From Flectonema sp. DT1601 (taxonomy: Eukaryota): a stretch of 64,000 bases of DNA. The first letter of the stretch is position 1, and every line of letters begins with the position of its first letter. The position numbers and the translations under genes were made by a program. Under the pieces are notes generated by a model. The model did no database searches, was not told the origin of the DNA, and saw nothing but the letters and a program-made list of their open reading frames with translations. Of the stretch, positions 1 through 12,267 are shown piece by piece. Where the stretch lies: the NCBI GenBank assembly GCA_964019425.1, contig OZ025799.1:1054001-1118000 (forward strand), read 5' to 3'.

Positions 1-1701
1 TCGCAGCAATCTTGAATGCTCTTGGAACTCGTGTTAAGGCATACATCCCTCAAATAGCTGGAAATATTAAATGGAGATTAACATACAAAGAACCTGCTGT
101 GAGACAACAAGCAGCAGACTTGGTTTCTAAAATATGTAACGTCATTAAAGCCTGCGATGAGGATGTCACTCTCGGTCACTTAGGTGTTGTTCTGTACGAG
201 TATTTAGGTATAGCTCCCCCCATCCCTTTTTTTTTTTTAATTCAGATCAACAGCCTATCTATTATTGCCGTGAGGCTTCCTACTAAAAGACAACAACAAC
301 AACAACAACAACAGGTGAGGAATACCCAGACGTATTAGGATCTATACTAGCAGGTATTAAGGGAATTGTTAACGTTATAGGAATGAATCGAATGACTCCT
401 CCGATAAAAGATTTGCTTCCGAAATTAACTCCAATTTTAGACAACAGACACGAGAAAGGTATGCATCTGATTTTTCTTTTTCTTCTCTCCCTTTCTTCGT
501 CACTCTCCGCGCTGTTTGTCTCTGGGCTCGCAGATGTCAAGCTTTTTTTTATGCGTTGTGTTCCATCCTTTTCGTGTGGGATGCGACCTGGTTTTTTTGT
601 TTCATTTTTGTGGCCTTGGAATCGCTGCTTTCGGGAGAAAAAAAAAAAAAAAAAAAAAAAACAGTTCAAGAAAATTGTATTGATTTAGTGGGTCGAATAG
701 CAGACAGAGCGTCTGAAGCTGTTCCTGCGAGAGAGTGGGCGAGGATATCTCAAAAATTGATTGATTTACTGAAGGCTCACAAAAAAGCAATTCGTAGAGC
801 AGCAGTCAACACCTTTGGATACATCGCTAAAGCTATTGGGCCTTTAGATGTCATGACCACGCTACTTAATAATTTAAAGGTTTGTTTATTAAGAAGTCTG
901 AAACACTTAAAAATCCGTTATCAAGATTTTAGTTACCATTCAACACACAAAACAGGTACTCGAACGACAACAACGAGTCTGTACCACCATCGCAATCGCT
1001 GTAGTGGCTGAAACATGTAACCCATTCACTGGTTTGTCTTTTTTCCCCTTAATTAGGTGTTTTAAAAAAAAAAAGAAAAAAAAAAAAAAACAAACAGTCA
1101 TCCCTGGACTAATGAACGAGTATCGAGTACCAGAGAAGAACGTTCAAAATGGTGTTCTGAAGGCTTTTTCATTCCTCTTTGAGTACATCGGAGAGTTGGG
1201 TAAAGATTATTGTAATTCAGTTATTCCGCTTTTGGAAGATGCTCTGATGGATAGAGACGTGATTCACAGACAGATAGCCTGCAATGTTGTTAGGCATATG
1301 GCTCTTGGTGTGGTTGGACTTGATTGTGAACCTGCTTTACTACATTTATTAAATTTTGTGTGGCCGAACGTCTTTGAATCACTCCCACATACGGTCAACT
1401 CCTGTGTTGAGGTATTATTTATTTCATTTTTTTTCTTATCTACAAAAAAAAATATTATCAACACAAAAAAAAATCACCACAGGCAATTGAGGCATGCAGA
1501 GTCTGCTTGGGTCCGAGTATCATAATGATGTACACTTTGCAGGGATTGTTTCATCCAGCGAGGGACGTTAGAGAAATCTATTGGAAAATATACAACAATA
1601 TTTATATAGGATGCCAAGACGCCTTAGTACCAGCACTACCTCGTCTTGAGGATGATAGCACCAACCACTACAGTATAACTGAGCTTGATACCTTTATCTA
1701 A
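1..1701 (+). CDS. SF3B1: Splicing factor 3B subunit 1, C-terminal HEAT repeats (5' partial; exons <1-207, 315-458, 665-879, 956-1031, 1098-1411, 1483-1701)
   Basis: Removing five GT-AG introns joins the ORF fragments into hallmark SF3B1 sequence: [104 protein letters not shown]. Confidence 0.97.
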
Positions 1702-2088
1702 AGTTGGAAAAGAAAAAAAAAACAATTGTGAGTGGTTTTGGAAAAAAAAAAAAAAAAAAAATAATCATAAAATTATTGTGAGGTAATTCATACTTTAAAA
1801 GGGGTCCAAGTATGATTGTTATTTTGTTATAGGTTGTTTTTTTTTTTTTTTTTCCCCTTTCTTGTTTATTTAACAAGATTAAAAAAAAAAAATATTTTTT
1901 TACAATTGAACTGTGAGCACCGATCCATGAAAGTTATTACATTTTTCTTTTTATTTTACCTTCAGACAAGCTCTATGTGTCGGTCAGTCTTATGTATTTT
2001 ATTTCACGTGACCTTGTCAACAATCACGTTGTCGTACAACTTTATTTTATTCTTTTTACAGAAAAAAATAAATAAAATAAATGAACAC

Positions 2089-2494
2089 ATGAAGGTATCG
2101 GACTTAATAAGTACCTGCTATGGATTTATTGGTGTTTTTGTTGGATCGTTTTGCGTTGCTTTCCCGGGAGAGGCATCTCCGATGCTGAAGGGACGGCTAC
2201 CACGAAAACCATCTCGAACATCGGAAAGTGAAGAATTGATTACCTGTCTTATTGGTGTGCAGATTGCTAGTACGTCTTTTTTAGTTCTCTTGAGTAGATT
2301 TAAATTAATAACTAGAATAGGAAGAGGTGTTTGTATTGCTGGGATGTTATCTTTAGCCATGTCAGCTCTTTATAATATTTGGTTACCGAAAGACTGTTTT
2401 CGGAGACGACCATCCTTACCATCAACAGCAGCTTCTCGAGTTCCTCTTTAGTGGAACGTTTGTGGTGTTGTGTACTTATTCAAAGGTTTTTTAA
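2089..2494 (+). CDS. Small multi-pass membrane protein; probable 1-nt frameshift near 2397-2400
   Basis: ATG at 2089 and three hydrophobic segments. In-frame stop at 2451, but removing one T from TGTTTTCGG gives DCFGDDHPYHQQQLLEFLFSGTFVVLCTYSKVF* with a fourth hydrophobic segment ending at 2494. Confidence 0.5.
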
Positions 2495-2741
2495 AAATAA
2501 TTAAAAAAAAAAAAAAAAAGATTAAGAATTGATTAAAACTAAACGATTTCCTCAATCTGTCCTTTATAACAAAAAAAGAACATTCACAATCAAGGTAGTT
2601 GGTGTGTTATTGTATTCATATTTTATTGGAAAAGAAAAAAGGGAAAAAAAAAAAAAAATAATAAGATTAAACCTTTCCTTACCAACAGCTGAATGAGCGG
2701 GACGGGGGTGAGCGCACACTAATATAATAGAGAGAAATAAA

Positions 2742-4088
2742 ATGTTTTCGAAGATGCCGCCTTCCAGTATCAGTCAACTCAGGGCGGATACGGCGGTGGC
2801 GAGATCTATAAGTGCAATGAAAAGTAAGAGAGGAAGGACGGGAGACAGTTCGACATACAGAAGTGCTCGCCCTACTAATGTACAAAGTATTAACAGAAGT
2901 CGGTCTGCTCCACTGGGTGTCAGAGTAGGAACATCACAACTGTTTTCAGCACCAAGAAGAAAACCAGTTCAAGCACCAGGTGCACCAATGACGAGGAGTA
3001 AGTCTTTACCATACAGAAATGGATCAGGGTCGACAAATCCTGGATCAAGATTTTCGAAAAGTCACACCCACACATCAATGCCACCAACAGCAAAGTATAC
3101 ACCAACTAAACTGGAGTTAAATAAAATGAGAACAGAACACAGCATTGATAGAAGAACCATATCATCTAGTTACCCAATTGCTCCAAGTCCTGTTAGACTT
3201 GGTCCTATCCCAAAGTCACCTCGTGGAGATCTTTCCGCAAGAAGCAGCTACAAGGCTCCAAGGCAATCAGAGCCTCGGGCTTCTACTACTCCCAGAAAGG
3301 ATACTTCTGATTTGGAAAAAGAGATTGACTCTCTCCGACGGGAGTTGAATGCTGAACGGGAACACAGCAAAGCACTCGCACAACAAGCACGAGAGGCATC
3401 ATCATCGCTGGACGTTGAAAAGAAAACTTTAAAAGAAGAAAGATTACGATTTGAAGTTGCTAAAAAAAGATTAGAAGCCACAGCAACCCAATCGGTCGCT
3501 GACAGGGAAGAGATTCGTCGGAGGACTGCAACTGAAATATCAACTTTGAAATTAGAATTGGAAGTGGCGATTGTACGGGCAGACAGCACTGGAGAACTAT
3601 GCAAACAACAAGAAGAAACAATAAATATCTTAAAAGAGAGATTGAACAGTCTTCATATGCCTGTTGCATCTTCTCCAGTTCATAGGAAACCATCAGCTAC
3701 GAGAGTCTCATTTAATCCTGAAGTTGATATTAAGGAAATGAATAGTTTAAGTCCTGAGAAACAAATATCAAGTCCGGGATCTGATCAACTACCTCCACCT
3801 CCACCAGACAACTCTCCTCCGGTTGTAGATGCGGATTTACGAAGAGATCTAAAAGATATGTTTGATGAGTACGACTGTGAGTCAACAGGTCATCTATCAG
3901 AACAGAGGGTTCGTACTGCCTATGCTGCTATGGAGACTACTTTTGGTCTTCAGTCTCAAAGTATAACATTCGGTTCTGAAGATGGACATTACATCAACTT
4001 TACTGAATTTGTTAACATCATGTCTGTATTACCAACTCGATTAGCAACTGAAACAGCTCTCCTTGCTGAGAACAAAACTCAAAGCTAA
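2742..4088 (+). CDS. Ser/Arg/Pro-rich, coiled-coil protein with C-terminal EF-hand-like pair
   Basis: 448-aa ORF; heptad-rich middle; FDEYDCESTGHLS and DGHYINFTEFVNIM resemble EF-hand loops. Confidence 0.8.
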   Translation: MFSKMPPSSISQLRADTAVARSISAMKSKRGRTGDSSTYRSARPTNVQSINRSRSAPLGVRVGTSQLFSAPRRKPVQAPGAPMTRSKSLPYRNGSGSTNPGSRFSKSHTHTSMPPTAKYTPTKLELNKMRTEHSIDRRTISSSYPIAPSPVRLGPIPKSPRGDLSARSSYKAPRQSEPRASTTPRKDTSDLEKEIDSLRRELNAEREHSKALAQQAREASSSLDVEKKTLKEERLRFEVAKKRLEATATQSVADREEIRRRTATEISTLKLELEVAIVRADSTGELCKQQEETINILKERLNSLHMPVASSPVHRKPSATRVSFNPEVDIKEMNSLSPEKQISSPGSDQLPPPPPDNSPPVVDADLRRDLKDMFDEYDCESTGHLSEQRVRTAYAAMETTFGLQSQSITFGSEDGHYINFTEFVNIMSVLPTRLATETALLAENKTQS

Positions 4089-4700
4089 GTCTCATCCAAA
4101 TGGACTTCTTATATTTTTTTTGACACTTTTTTTTCTGTTATTTACTGTACGGCTTTTTATTGCCTTCTCTTTTTATTTATAGGACGAACTGTTTTCTTGG
4201 CTTCTGCTATGCTGTGTGGTTTCTACCGCATACCATTTTTTTTTTTTTTTTTTCCTTCTTTCTTTGATATTTTGTATCCTGACGGCCGCAGATATACTCG
4301 TCTTTCTGAGTTCGAAAAGGTTTCTTTTTTCTTCTTCTTTTTTTGCAGTTTAAAAGGGGCAGCACAAGTTAACCTCCTTTAGCTTTATCAGTTTCAAGTT
4401 ATAGCCGATTCCCTTTTTTTTTTTTTTGTGTCCAACAGTGTGACACAAAGTGGCATCGTTTAGTGCCACCGCTTAGATGAAAAATATTTTTTATCGTTGG
4501 TCAGCTGTAGTAGTCAGATATATATTTCTTTTCCCTTTCTTTTTCAGTTCGATTCTTAGAAACTTAGAATAATAAAAAAAAAAAAGAAACGACCAACTAT
4601 AAGACTTTTGTTTTGTTTGTGCGCAACCAGAGTACAAAAAAAAAAAAAAAATTAATAAAGGAATAAGTAAGTAAGTCAAAAAAAGAAAAAAAAAAAAAAA

Positions 4701-4832
4701 AAACTATTCAGATGAAGCCTTATATTTTGTTGATCGCAGACAGTATTACTGACACACGAAATAGATAACATGACCTAATTCATAATGGCTCTTAATCTGA
4801 ATTAGTTTCTTCCTCCGGCTTTGTCGGTGCAA
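4701..4832. mobile_element. Interspersed repeat family A copy (inverted repeats plus terminal hairpin)
   Basis: AAACTATTCAGAT...ATCTGAATTAGTTT then CCGGCTTTGTCGG TGC, between A-runs. Confidence 0.7.
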
Positions 4833-5749
4833 AGAAAAAAAAAAAAAAAAAAAAAATCGCATTCTGCATAGCAAGAATCTGTTTGACTGTACTGCTAAGA
4901 TGATAATTGAGATTTTTTTTCTTCTTCTTTTTTAAATAATATTATGGCGTCTCACCCTCCCTGCCCCTCATCTATTTAGAAGTTAAAATCTGATAATCTG
5001 TTATTGAGTTGACATATAAAAATACATTACATGTTACGAAGGTACGAATCCATTTTGATATTTTTGCTCTTTTTCCATGAACCTCTGCTACTATCTGTAC
5101 GTTGATGTTTTTATTTATTTTTTTTTTTTTTTTGCGCATTATTTTGGATTTGGGATCTTCATATTTTGGGTTCCTCTGAGAGGGTCTGAGGGAGGTGTAT
5201 TTACGGAATCATGTAACTGGTGAGGACTAATTCAACGAAAACGGAAACGAATTTGATTTCCGACGACAGAATTGGTCAGGACCGGTTTTGAACACCTCCA
5301 ACGTACTACAGGACGTACTTGGTTCGTGAATCCCTATTTAATACTGTCAGTTGGCCTTTCTTTTTACATAGCAACCAGCTTTTGGAATATTCTAGTAGTT
5401 AGTTCCTGTCCTTTGATTGATCATTTTATAAGTTCATAAGTTTTGAATTGACTGTTACGATCCTGAACTATGTTTACGTAGCTATATAAGTTTTTATTTC
5501 AGTGTATGTAAGACTTCAGAAATAAAATAAAATCAATTTAATGAAAACTGACGATGATATCTGTGGGTTAATTCTTTTTATTTATTTATTTATTTATTTT
5601 TTTTTTTTTGGTCGGCAGTTTGTATGTTTATTTGTCTATAATAAGTGAGCAGAATGGGGAAAAAAAAAAAAAAAAAAACACACACACACAAAGGCTGTTT
5701 ACCTTATTTATTCGTTCAGACAAAAAAAAAGAATAAAACAAACAATAAA

Positions 5750-6739
5750 ATGTCCAACCTCACAGCTGATCAAAAAAGCGATGCTTTAAAAAAACTTCGT
5801 TCAACTATCGACGAACGCTGGGCGACAACTTTAAACGCGGCTCAGTTAGCATGGTTAAACGACAAGTGTTTATTAAGATATCTTAGGGCAAGAAAATTTA
5901 ATGTAGAAAAAGCCCTGGAGATGCTAAAAAACACGATGAATTGGAGAACTGCAAACGCACCCGCGGCTATCACACACAAAGACGTTCTAAACATTGCGAA
6001 ACATAATTCTAACTACTTACACATGACTGATGATAAAGGATTACCTATTTGCTACATGAGGTTTGATCGTGATCCTGCTGGCTTTACCGACAAAGATAAG
6101 CTTCAGTACATAAAATTCACTCTTGAAGAAGCGAGTCGAATCATGAAATACAACGAAGACCGTTTTCCTGGTGTGGAAACAATTATTTATATAATTGACT
6201 TGAAGGGATTCTCACTTACAGCTCCTGGTGCCAACAGAGAAATAGCTGCCAAGTGGGGTGACATGCTTCAAAACCATTATCCTGAGAGACTAGGTAAGGC
6301 TTATCTTGTTAATTACCCAACAATATTCTCAGTATTCTGGGCAGCTGTGAAGTTATTTATTGACAGTGTTACAGCATCGAAAGTAAAATTTGTTTCTCAG
6401 AGAACTCCAGCAGCGCTCAGAACGTTTTTCACAGCAGAGGGTTTTAATCCTGCTTGGCTTGAGAAGGATTACGGCGGTGATTTAGAGCTACTCAGCAAAC
6501 CCAACTTTGTTGGACAGCGTACCTATGAACATGATCCTATGGTTGTAAAGTCTGAATCGACAACCGAAGCTACTCGAGAATCGCATTACACATACTTAAA
6601 GAAAGAGAAGAGGGATCGCGCTAAGCTCTCAGGAGTAAAAGGAAAAAAAGAAAAGAAGGAAAAGAAAGAAAAAAGAAACAAAGCCTCAACTGACGCCTCC
6701 GAAGACACCATCTCTTCTGTAAATGGAAGTGATGAGTAA
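5750..6739 (+). CDS. CRAL-TRIO (Sec14-like) lipid-binding protein
   Basis: DKCLLRYLRARKFNVEKALEML, IIDLKGFS, LQNHYPERLGKAYLVNYP, LEKDYGG motifs; true ATG at 5750; Lys-rich tail. Confidence 0.93.
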   Translation: MSNLTADQKSDALKKLRSTIDERWATTLNAAQLAWLNDKCLLRYLRARKFNVEKALEMLKNTMNWRTANAPAAITHKDVLNIAKHNSNYLHMTDDKGLPICYMRFDRDPAGFTDKDKLQYIKFTLEEASRIMKYNEDRFPGVETIIYIIDLKGFSLTAPGANREIAAKWGDMLQNHYPERLGKAYLVNYPTIFSVFWAAVKLFIDSVTASKVKFVSQRTPAALRTFFTAEGFNPAWLEKDYGGDLELLSKPNFVGQRTYEHDPMVVKSESTTEATRESHYTYLKKEKRDRAKLSGVKGKKEKKEKKEKRNKASTDASEDTISSVNGSDE

Positions 6740-7823
6740 GTCAAAATTAACGTTCTATAAAAAAGTAAGATAAATAGAAGAGTGGAATGGTCCACTGATA
6801 ACACTGTTTGAGTGAATCTCTTGTTCTCATCGTGGATTTGTCGTGTTGCTTACGAAAAAAAAAAAAAAAAAAGAAGGGGAAACTAGATTATGTTCATCCT
6901 GTGGTATCTCTTTGATTCAATATGCAACTTGTGCAGTCTATGTCTGCTGTATTATTCTGTGTCTGAACTTGTCACACCCTTTGATTCAAGGCAAGTGTGG
7001 AACTTTAAAGTGTTCCTTGTTTTTTTCTTTCTCCTTTTTTTTTTTTGTCATTTTTCAATCAGATACTTCCCCCTCATTACGCCTACCAATATTTGCTCTG
7101 TAAACCTTTATCTGTCTTCCAAGGTGGATGGAGTAATTGTGGTAGGAGGCCTTGTTTTTTTGTTACATTTGTAGTTTCGTAAATCAGTAGATTTGTTTAT
7201 TGTTTTTCATTCCCTCCCTCCCGATAGTGATGTAATGTATACTTTACTATTGTTCACATGATATGTAAGCGTTCCTGTTGATCTGGTGAAAACTGGTTTA
7301 TCCATTATTATTATTATTTCTAACTGGAGACGCTTTATTATTATTTATTATTTCTTTTTTTGTTTTTGTTTTTAAACTTTTTATTCTGGGTGAAGTGGAC
7401 AGCTGGGAATTAATTCCTTCCAACCGAAAGCTATAAAAACAACCTCCGTGATTGAGTCTTCTACTGGTGTGGGTTTTCCTTCGAAAGACAGCTACAGGCT
7501 GTTGAAGTATATTTTTTTTTCTTATTTTTTATTTATAAAGTTTTTTTTTTTTTCAGTTTTTTCTGTCTTCAGTTGTCGTTTTGAAACTCGTCTAAATTCT
7601 GATCGCTATTAGCGTCTGTCTTCCAAAAGTACTTCTGTTTTTTTTTTTTTTTTTTTTTTTTTTTTTGTACCAAACCACAAATTATTTTAGAAGATTCCAA
7701 AGAGCTCTATAGTTACATTGGACGTTTCCTTCTTCATTTTGTCTTCTACATATCACCCGATACCAACATCACACATTGCTTGACTTAGAAAGATTTCGGT
7801 TTTTTTTCGTAAAGAGATGAAGG

Positions 7824-7862
<39 letters not shown>

Positions 7863-8115
7863 CATGGTAGATGGTGTTCTGAAAGACAACGTTTTCCACC
7901 ACTGGTGTTGTACGGAAAATAGGAGAACAATCAATTATCTGATTTTTAAAAAAAAATTTTTTTTTGAAAAAAATCGACAGAATTTGTTAGAATGTGGGTT
8001 CCGTAGTCTTTCTTGGTGACCACCAACTGTTTTAATAAAAAAACATAAATAAGCAACATGGGGGTAATTTAGTTTAATTCTTCTGTCTTGCTTCTTGTAA
8101 TTTTTTTTATATTGT

Positions 8116-8270
8116 GCCTACAAAAAACTTACAAAAACAAAAACCCAAGTGTTCGATATAAAGAGCATTGTAGTGGGGTAATTTAGCCTATTTTCCTTTA
8201 CTAGGATTTTTGTATCGGTTCAAAACAAAACAATGTTGTTGAGTAAAAAGTGAAAATGGCCAATTTCTTT
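8116..8270. mobile_element. Interspersed repeat family B copy, diverged
   Basis: CCTACAAA..AAAGAGCATTGT..TAGGATTTTTGTATCGGTT..GAGTAAAAAGTGAAAATGGCCAATTTC between T-runs. Confidence 0.6.
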
Positions 8271-8876
8271 TTTTTGTTGGGGAATTCAAACCTGGAAATA
8301 GTTTTCAAAAGTTTGTTTTGGTTCTCGAATGTAGTTCCGTAGTCTTTTCTTAGTGACAACTTTTTTTTTTTAAATAAAAAAACAACATAAAAACTAGTCC
8401 GAAGTTGGTTATTTTTTGATTTTTCTGTCTGCTTCTTGTGATTTATTTAAGAATTCAAACCTAGAATTCGTTTTCAAGGTTCTGCTTGAGTATTAAATCC
8501 AGGCTCGTGTGGTCCTTTTCTACTACTTTTTTTAAAATATAAATTTAAGAACTAGTTTGGTGTAGTTAGTTGTTGGCTATTTTTATTCCCTTCTTCTTTC
8601 TAACGCGCATTGAGGAATCTCTTATGAGGCTGGTAATTAGTTTTATTAATTAAAAAAAAAAAAAAAAAATACATTCTCTTGACTTACCAGAAGGAAGCAT
8701 TAGCTCTGATACGTGTCCGATTGTCTATCGCTACAGAGCCACACATAGATAACAGTGTGAAATCTTCTTTAGTGTTGTTGTTTCTTCTTTCCACGCAATC
8801 ATTTGTGTATCATACCTCCTCATGTGTCAGGAACGATTGTTTTACGTGTACCTAATCTAAGAAGTGTTTGGTTAGT

Positions 8877-8918
<42 letters not shown>

Positions 8919-9625
8919 TGTTTCTCCAAATATACCCCCTACATTATTTCTCTCCGAAAAAAAAAAAAAAAAAAAACTCTATAAAGTTGGGGTATGAAAT
9001 GACATAATAGACAGTCCTCTAGTTCCTAATGTTGAGCACTTCATACCAACTAAAAGTCGTAACCAGGTTGCAGGTGACGCCTGCTAAAGGATTGTTACTA
9101 AGATCATCCCAGTCCCCCCAAGCTACCTCACGTAGTGGGATGACAATAATAACCCTTAGTGGATGTCTTGGCTCTGGGATGAAGGTCGCAGTTAAACCTG
9201 ATAATCAATTAAGATTTGGAGAAACATGAAACTGAAAGTGGCGCCCTGGCAACGGTACGTACTAATAGAAAAGAAGTAAGAGGGGGGGTGGGGAAAAAAT
9301 TGAAAAAAAAAAAAAAAAATCGCTGTATAGTAGTCATGTCATTCTAAGAAATGGGTTTACTCGTAAATTCCTAGTAGAGTCATACAAAAAAAAAAAAAAT
9401 CAAAATCAAAATCAAACATGTACACTAGAAGTGTATGTGTGTTATTTTTGTAGCTTTCTTTCCCACCCCCGTCTTCCTTTTTATTACGTCGCGGAGATGC
9501 ATCCTTGACACGAAGTAATGTAGATTCCTGTTTTCTTTTTGATTTTATTTTTAAAAAACCTTTCTTCCCTTCTATTTCTAACCTAAATAAATTAAAATAA
9601 TACACAATGTGTTGTGTAGAGTTAA

Positions 9626-9743
9626 AAAAACTATTCAGATTAGCCTAATATTTTTGTTGAATCGCAGACCGAATCCTGCCGCACACGCGAGGGGAAATAA
9701 TCAAAGAACCATAAGAAATAACGGCTTTCAATCTGGATAGTTT
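9626..9743. mobile_element. Family A copy
   Basis: AAACTATTCAGAT..CGCAGAC.GAATCCTG..CGGCTTTCAATCTGGATAGTTT. Confidence 0.75.
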
Positions 9744-10000
9744 AATCGAATAAAAGAAGAAACTTCTTAATGGAGGGAGTTCGTGCGGCAGTAACCTCAC
9801 CTTTGATCTTGGGTTCAGAATAATTTCATTGTTTGTTGTTAGTTGGCCGTTGTGAGAGGTTTTACTGCTGTATTTTATATTGGATTAATCCAAAACATGT
9901 CTTTGCTCACCTGAAGCTCTCTCTCTCTTTCTCTCTCTCTGCTTTCATAAGGTAACCTAGTGCTTGTAAATGTGCCGGTTTAAAAAAAAAAAAAAAAAAA

Positions 10001-10140
10001 AACTTAGATTTCGTTGAACAGCCTGGATACTTTTTTGCTGAACGCAGACGGAATCCTGTCTCACGTGGGGGATAAGTTTTGTAACCATCAGAAATATCGG
10101 CTTTCAATCTGAATAGTTTTTTCTCCGACAACGTCGGTAC
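10001..10140. mobile_element. Family A copy
   Basis: CGCAGACGGAATCCTGTC..CGGCTTTCAATCTGAATAGTTT, hairpin CCGACAACGTCGG, TAC, A-run. Confidence 0.75.
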
Positions 10141-10493
10141 AAAAAAAAGAAAAAGAAAAAGTAGAAATCCTGCTTGGTACGGTACGCTTAATAAATCTCT
10201 TCGCACAACTTTTTTTCATCTCTCTATTTTTTTTTTTTTTTTTTTTTTAAAATTATTTTTCTTTGGAAATCAAAGGAAAGTAATACGAACAGTTTTCTGT
10301 GAAACATTCTGTTGATCAATTTGTTACAATAGATGTCTTCATGCACGCGGGACCTTCTCACCTGCTGTTGGTCAATTCATAAGTAGGTCTGTTTTCTGAA
10401 TTCTATTTTAAAGTTATTTAATTCTGACAGCGGGATGGTTGAAAATTATAATGAAAAAAAACAATTGTTGTGATGACACAATTAATACTTCTA

Positions 10494-10527
<34 letters not shown>

Positions 10528-10612
10528 CTTTTAAAGGACACGTAAAGTAAACCATAGTCAGGTATAGATAGGTACAAAATAAATATAATTAACATTCTTT
10601 CTTTCAAGGAGC

Positions 10613-11809
10613 ATGGCTGGTCACCTTTCACTAAAGAATGTGTTGTGCTGTTATCACATCTTTTCGTCATTCTCTCTGTTGCAGGGATTGACGACTGTCG
10701 CTATACCAGATTCGGGAGATCAGAAACCCTATGAGGGAATGGGATGGGAATGGTTTTGTATTGCAAACGGACTGTCTTCAACGATAATGTGTATCGCTGG
10801 ATGGGTGTTCGATGTTGGCTACGTTGAGTTACGACTTTTAATATCTCGTCTATCACCGTTACAATTATCAATTGTTATTATAACTGCTGTCGTGTTGCAA
10901 CCTCAGACCGATTCAGAAGTTTTATTTTGGTTCATCTGGTGCATTGTAACCTTCTTTGTAGTCACTTTATCAGCTGTCTCGCGAGTAAGGATTGAACAAG
11001 GTCATCATTTAATAACACAGTCACCTCGACTGTTAGCACTCAACATCATTTCGTTACTACTGTCAGGGAGTTCAGTAATTGCTGCTGCTGTACTGCTCTA
11101 TGGAACACCAATCAAATACACAGTCTTGGTGTCTCAATTGCACATCAGATCATTTTTAACTGCGTGTTCTTCTACGTCAAAACAATATGTTCATAGCAGA
11201 GCAAGTAACGGTTGGATAGACTACGATGGACATGCAAAATTCATAACTTTGCTTACAGAATACCCTGCGAGAATAGTACACATGTGGGCTACTTGGTATT
11301 TATTTGTAATGATCGGTAGTTATCCAATTAGAGTGTTGATGTGTTTTATAAGTTTTTTTGATTTATTTAAACTGTTGAGAATCACTAGTGAGGTTTGTAG
11401 GGTCAGTAAAGTAATTCAGATTCGCAAGCCAGTCATGAATGAATTTAGAACATATCACAACCCTTGTGCTATTTGTTATGATGTGATGTGTTATCAAACT
11501 TGTCAATCTGAATTACAACAAATTGCATCAAGCGATGCAGCAATTGCAGCTGTTCTTGTTTACTTGTCGTCAACTGTTTCAGATGCTGTTCCTCAACCTG
11601 ACCCTCTTCACGACGATTTTGAACTTCCAAAAACATCAGATTCACCTCCACCAACTCCAGGTAATTCCATTGTACCGTTCAGTGTTCCTCCAACCATGTC
11701 ACCAAGGATACTAAATTGTGGTCATATTTATCATACCAAGTGTCTTCAAGACTGGATGAGAGAGAAACTTGAATGTCCTCTTTGTAAGAGTAGTATTGAA
11801 GTTTCGTAG
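10613..11809 (+). CDS. Multi-pass membrane RING-H2 E3 ubiquitin ligase (HRD1/RNF139-like architecture)
   Basis: Several hydrophobic helices, then CAIC...CGHIYHTKCLQDWMREKLECPLCK. Confidence 0.85.
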   Translation: MAGHLSLKNVLCCYHIFSSFSLLQGLTTVAIPDSGDQKPYEGMGWEWFCIANGLSSTIMCIAGWVFDVGYVELRLLISRLSPLQLSIVIITAVVLQPQTDSEVLFWFIWCIVTFFVVTLSAVSRVRIEQGHHLITQSPRLLALNIISLLLSGSSVIAAAVLLYGTPIKYTVLVSQLHIRSFLTACSSTSKQYVHSRASNGWIDYDGHAKFITLLTEYPARIVHMWATWYLFVMIGSYPIRVLMCFISFFDLFKLLRITSEVCRVSKVIQIRKPVMNEFRTYHNPCAICYDVMCYQTCQSELQQIASSDAAIAAVLVYLSSTVSDAVPQPDPLHDDFELPKTSDSPPPTPGNSIVPFSVPPTMSPRILNCGHIYHTKCLQDWMREKLECPLCKSSIEVS

Positions 11810-12267
11810 TTAGTTCATTCAATGAAATGTTTTCTCGGTACGATCTTGGCTAAAATAAAAAAAAGTGATGATGATGAGCGATTCCCTTTTGACTGTCAAC
11901 TTGATTCTATCAAACACTGTCACAGAGTTAGATCAGATTTCTTAACTCTGTAGTGTTCGTTTTCTTGATTTCATTTTTTTTTATATATTTTTTTTTTTTT
12001 TTATTCCCCCTCCACCCATACTCTCCCGTTTTCACTTCAGGTTTTGTTGTGTTTCTTCGCTTCCGTATTGTGTTATAGAGAAATGCGTTTGATTATATAT
12101 TTTTTTCTTCCTCTTTAAAAGTAGATCCAATAATGTTTTCACCCCCAACCCAGAGAGAGTCTAATAGTTTACAACTTATTGATGAATTGTATTTATATAT
12201 TTTCAATGAACAGGCAACCACACCGGGAGAGGGGAGGGTTTTTTTAATAATAAAAAAAAAAAAAACG

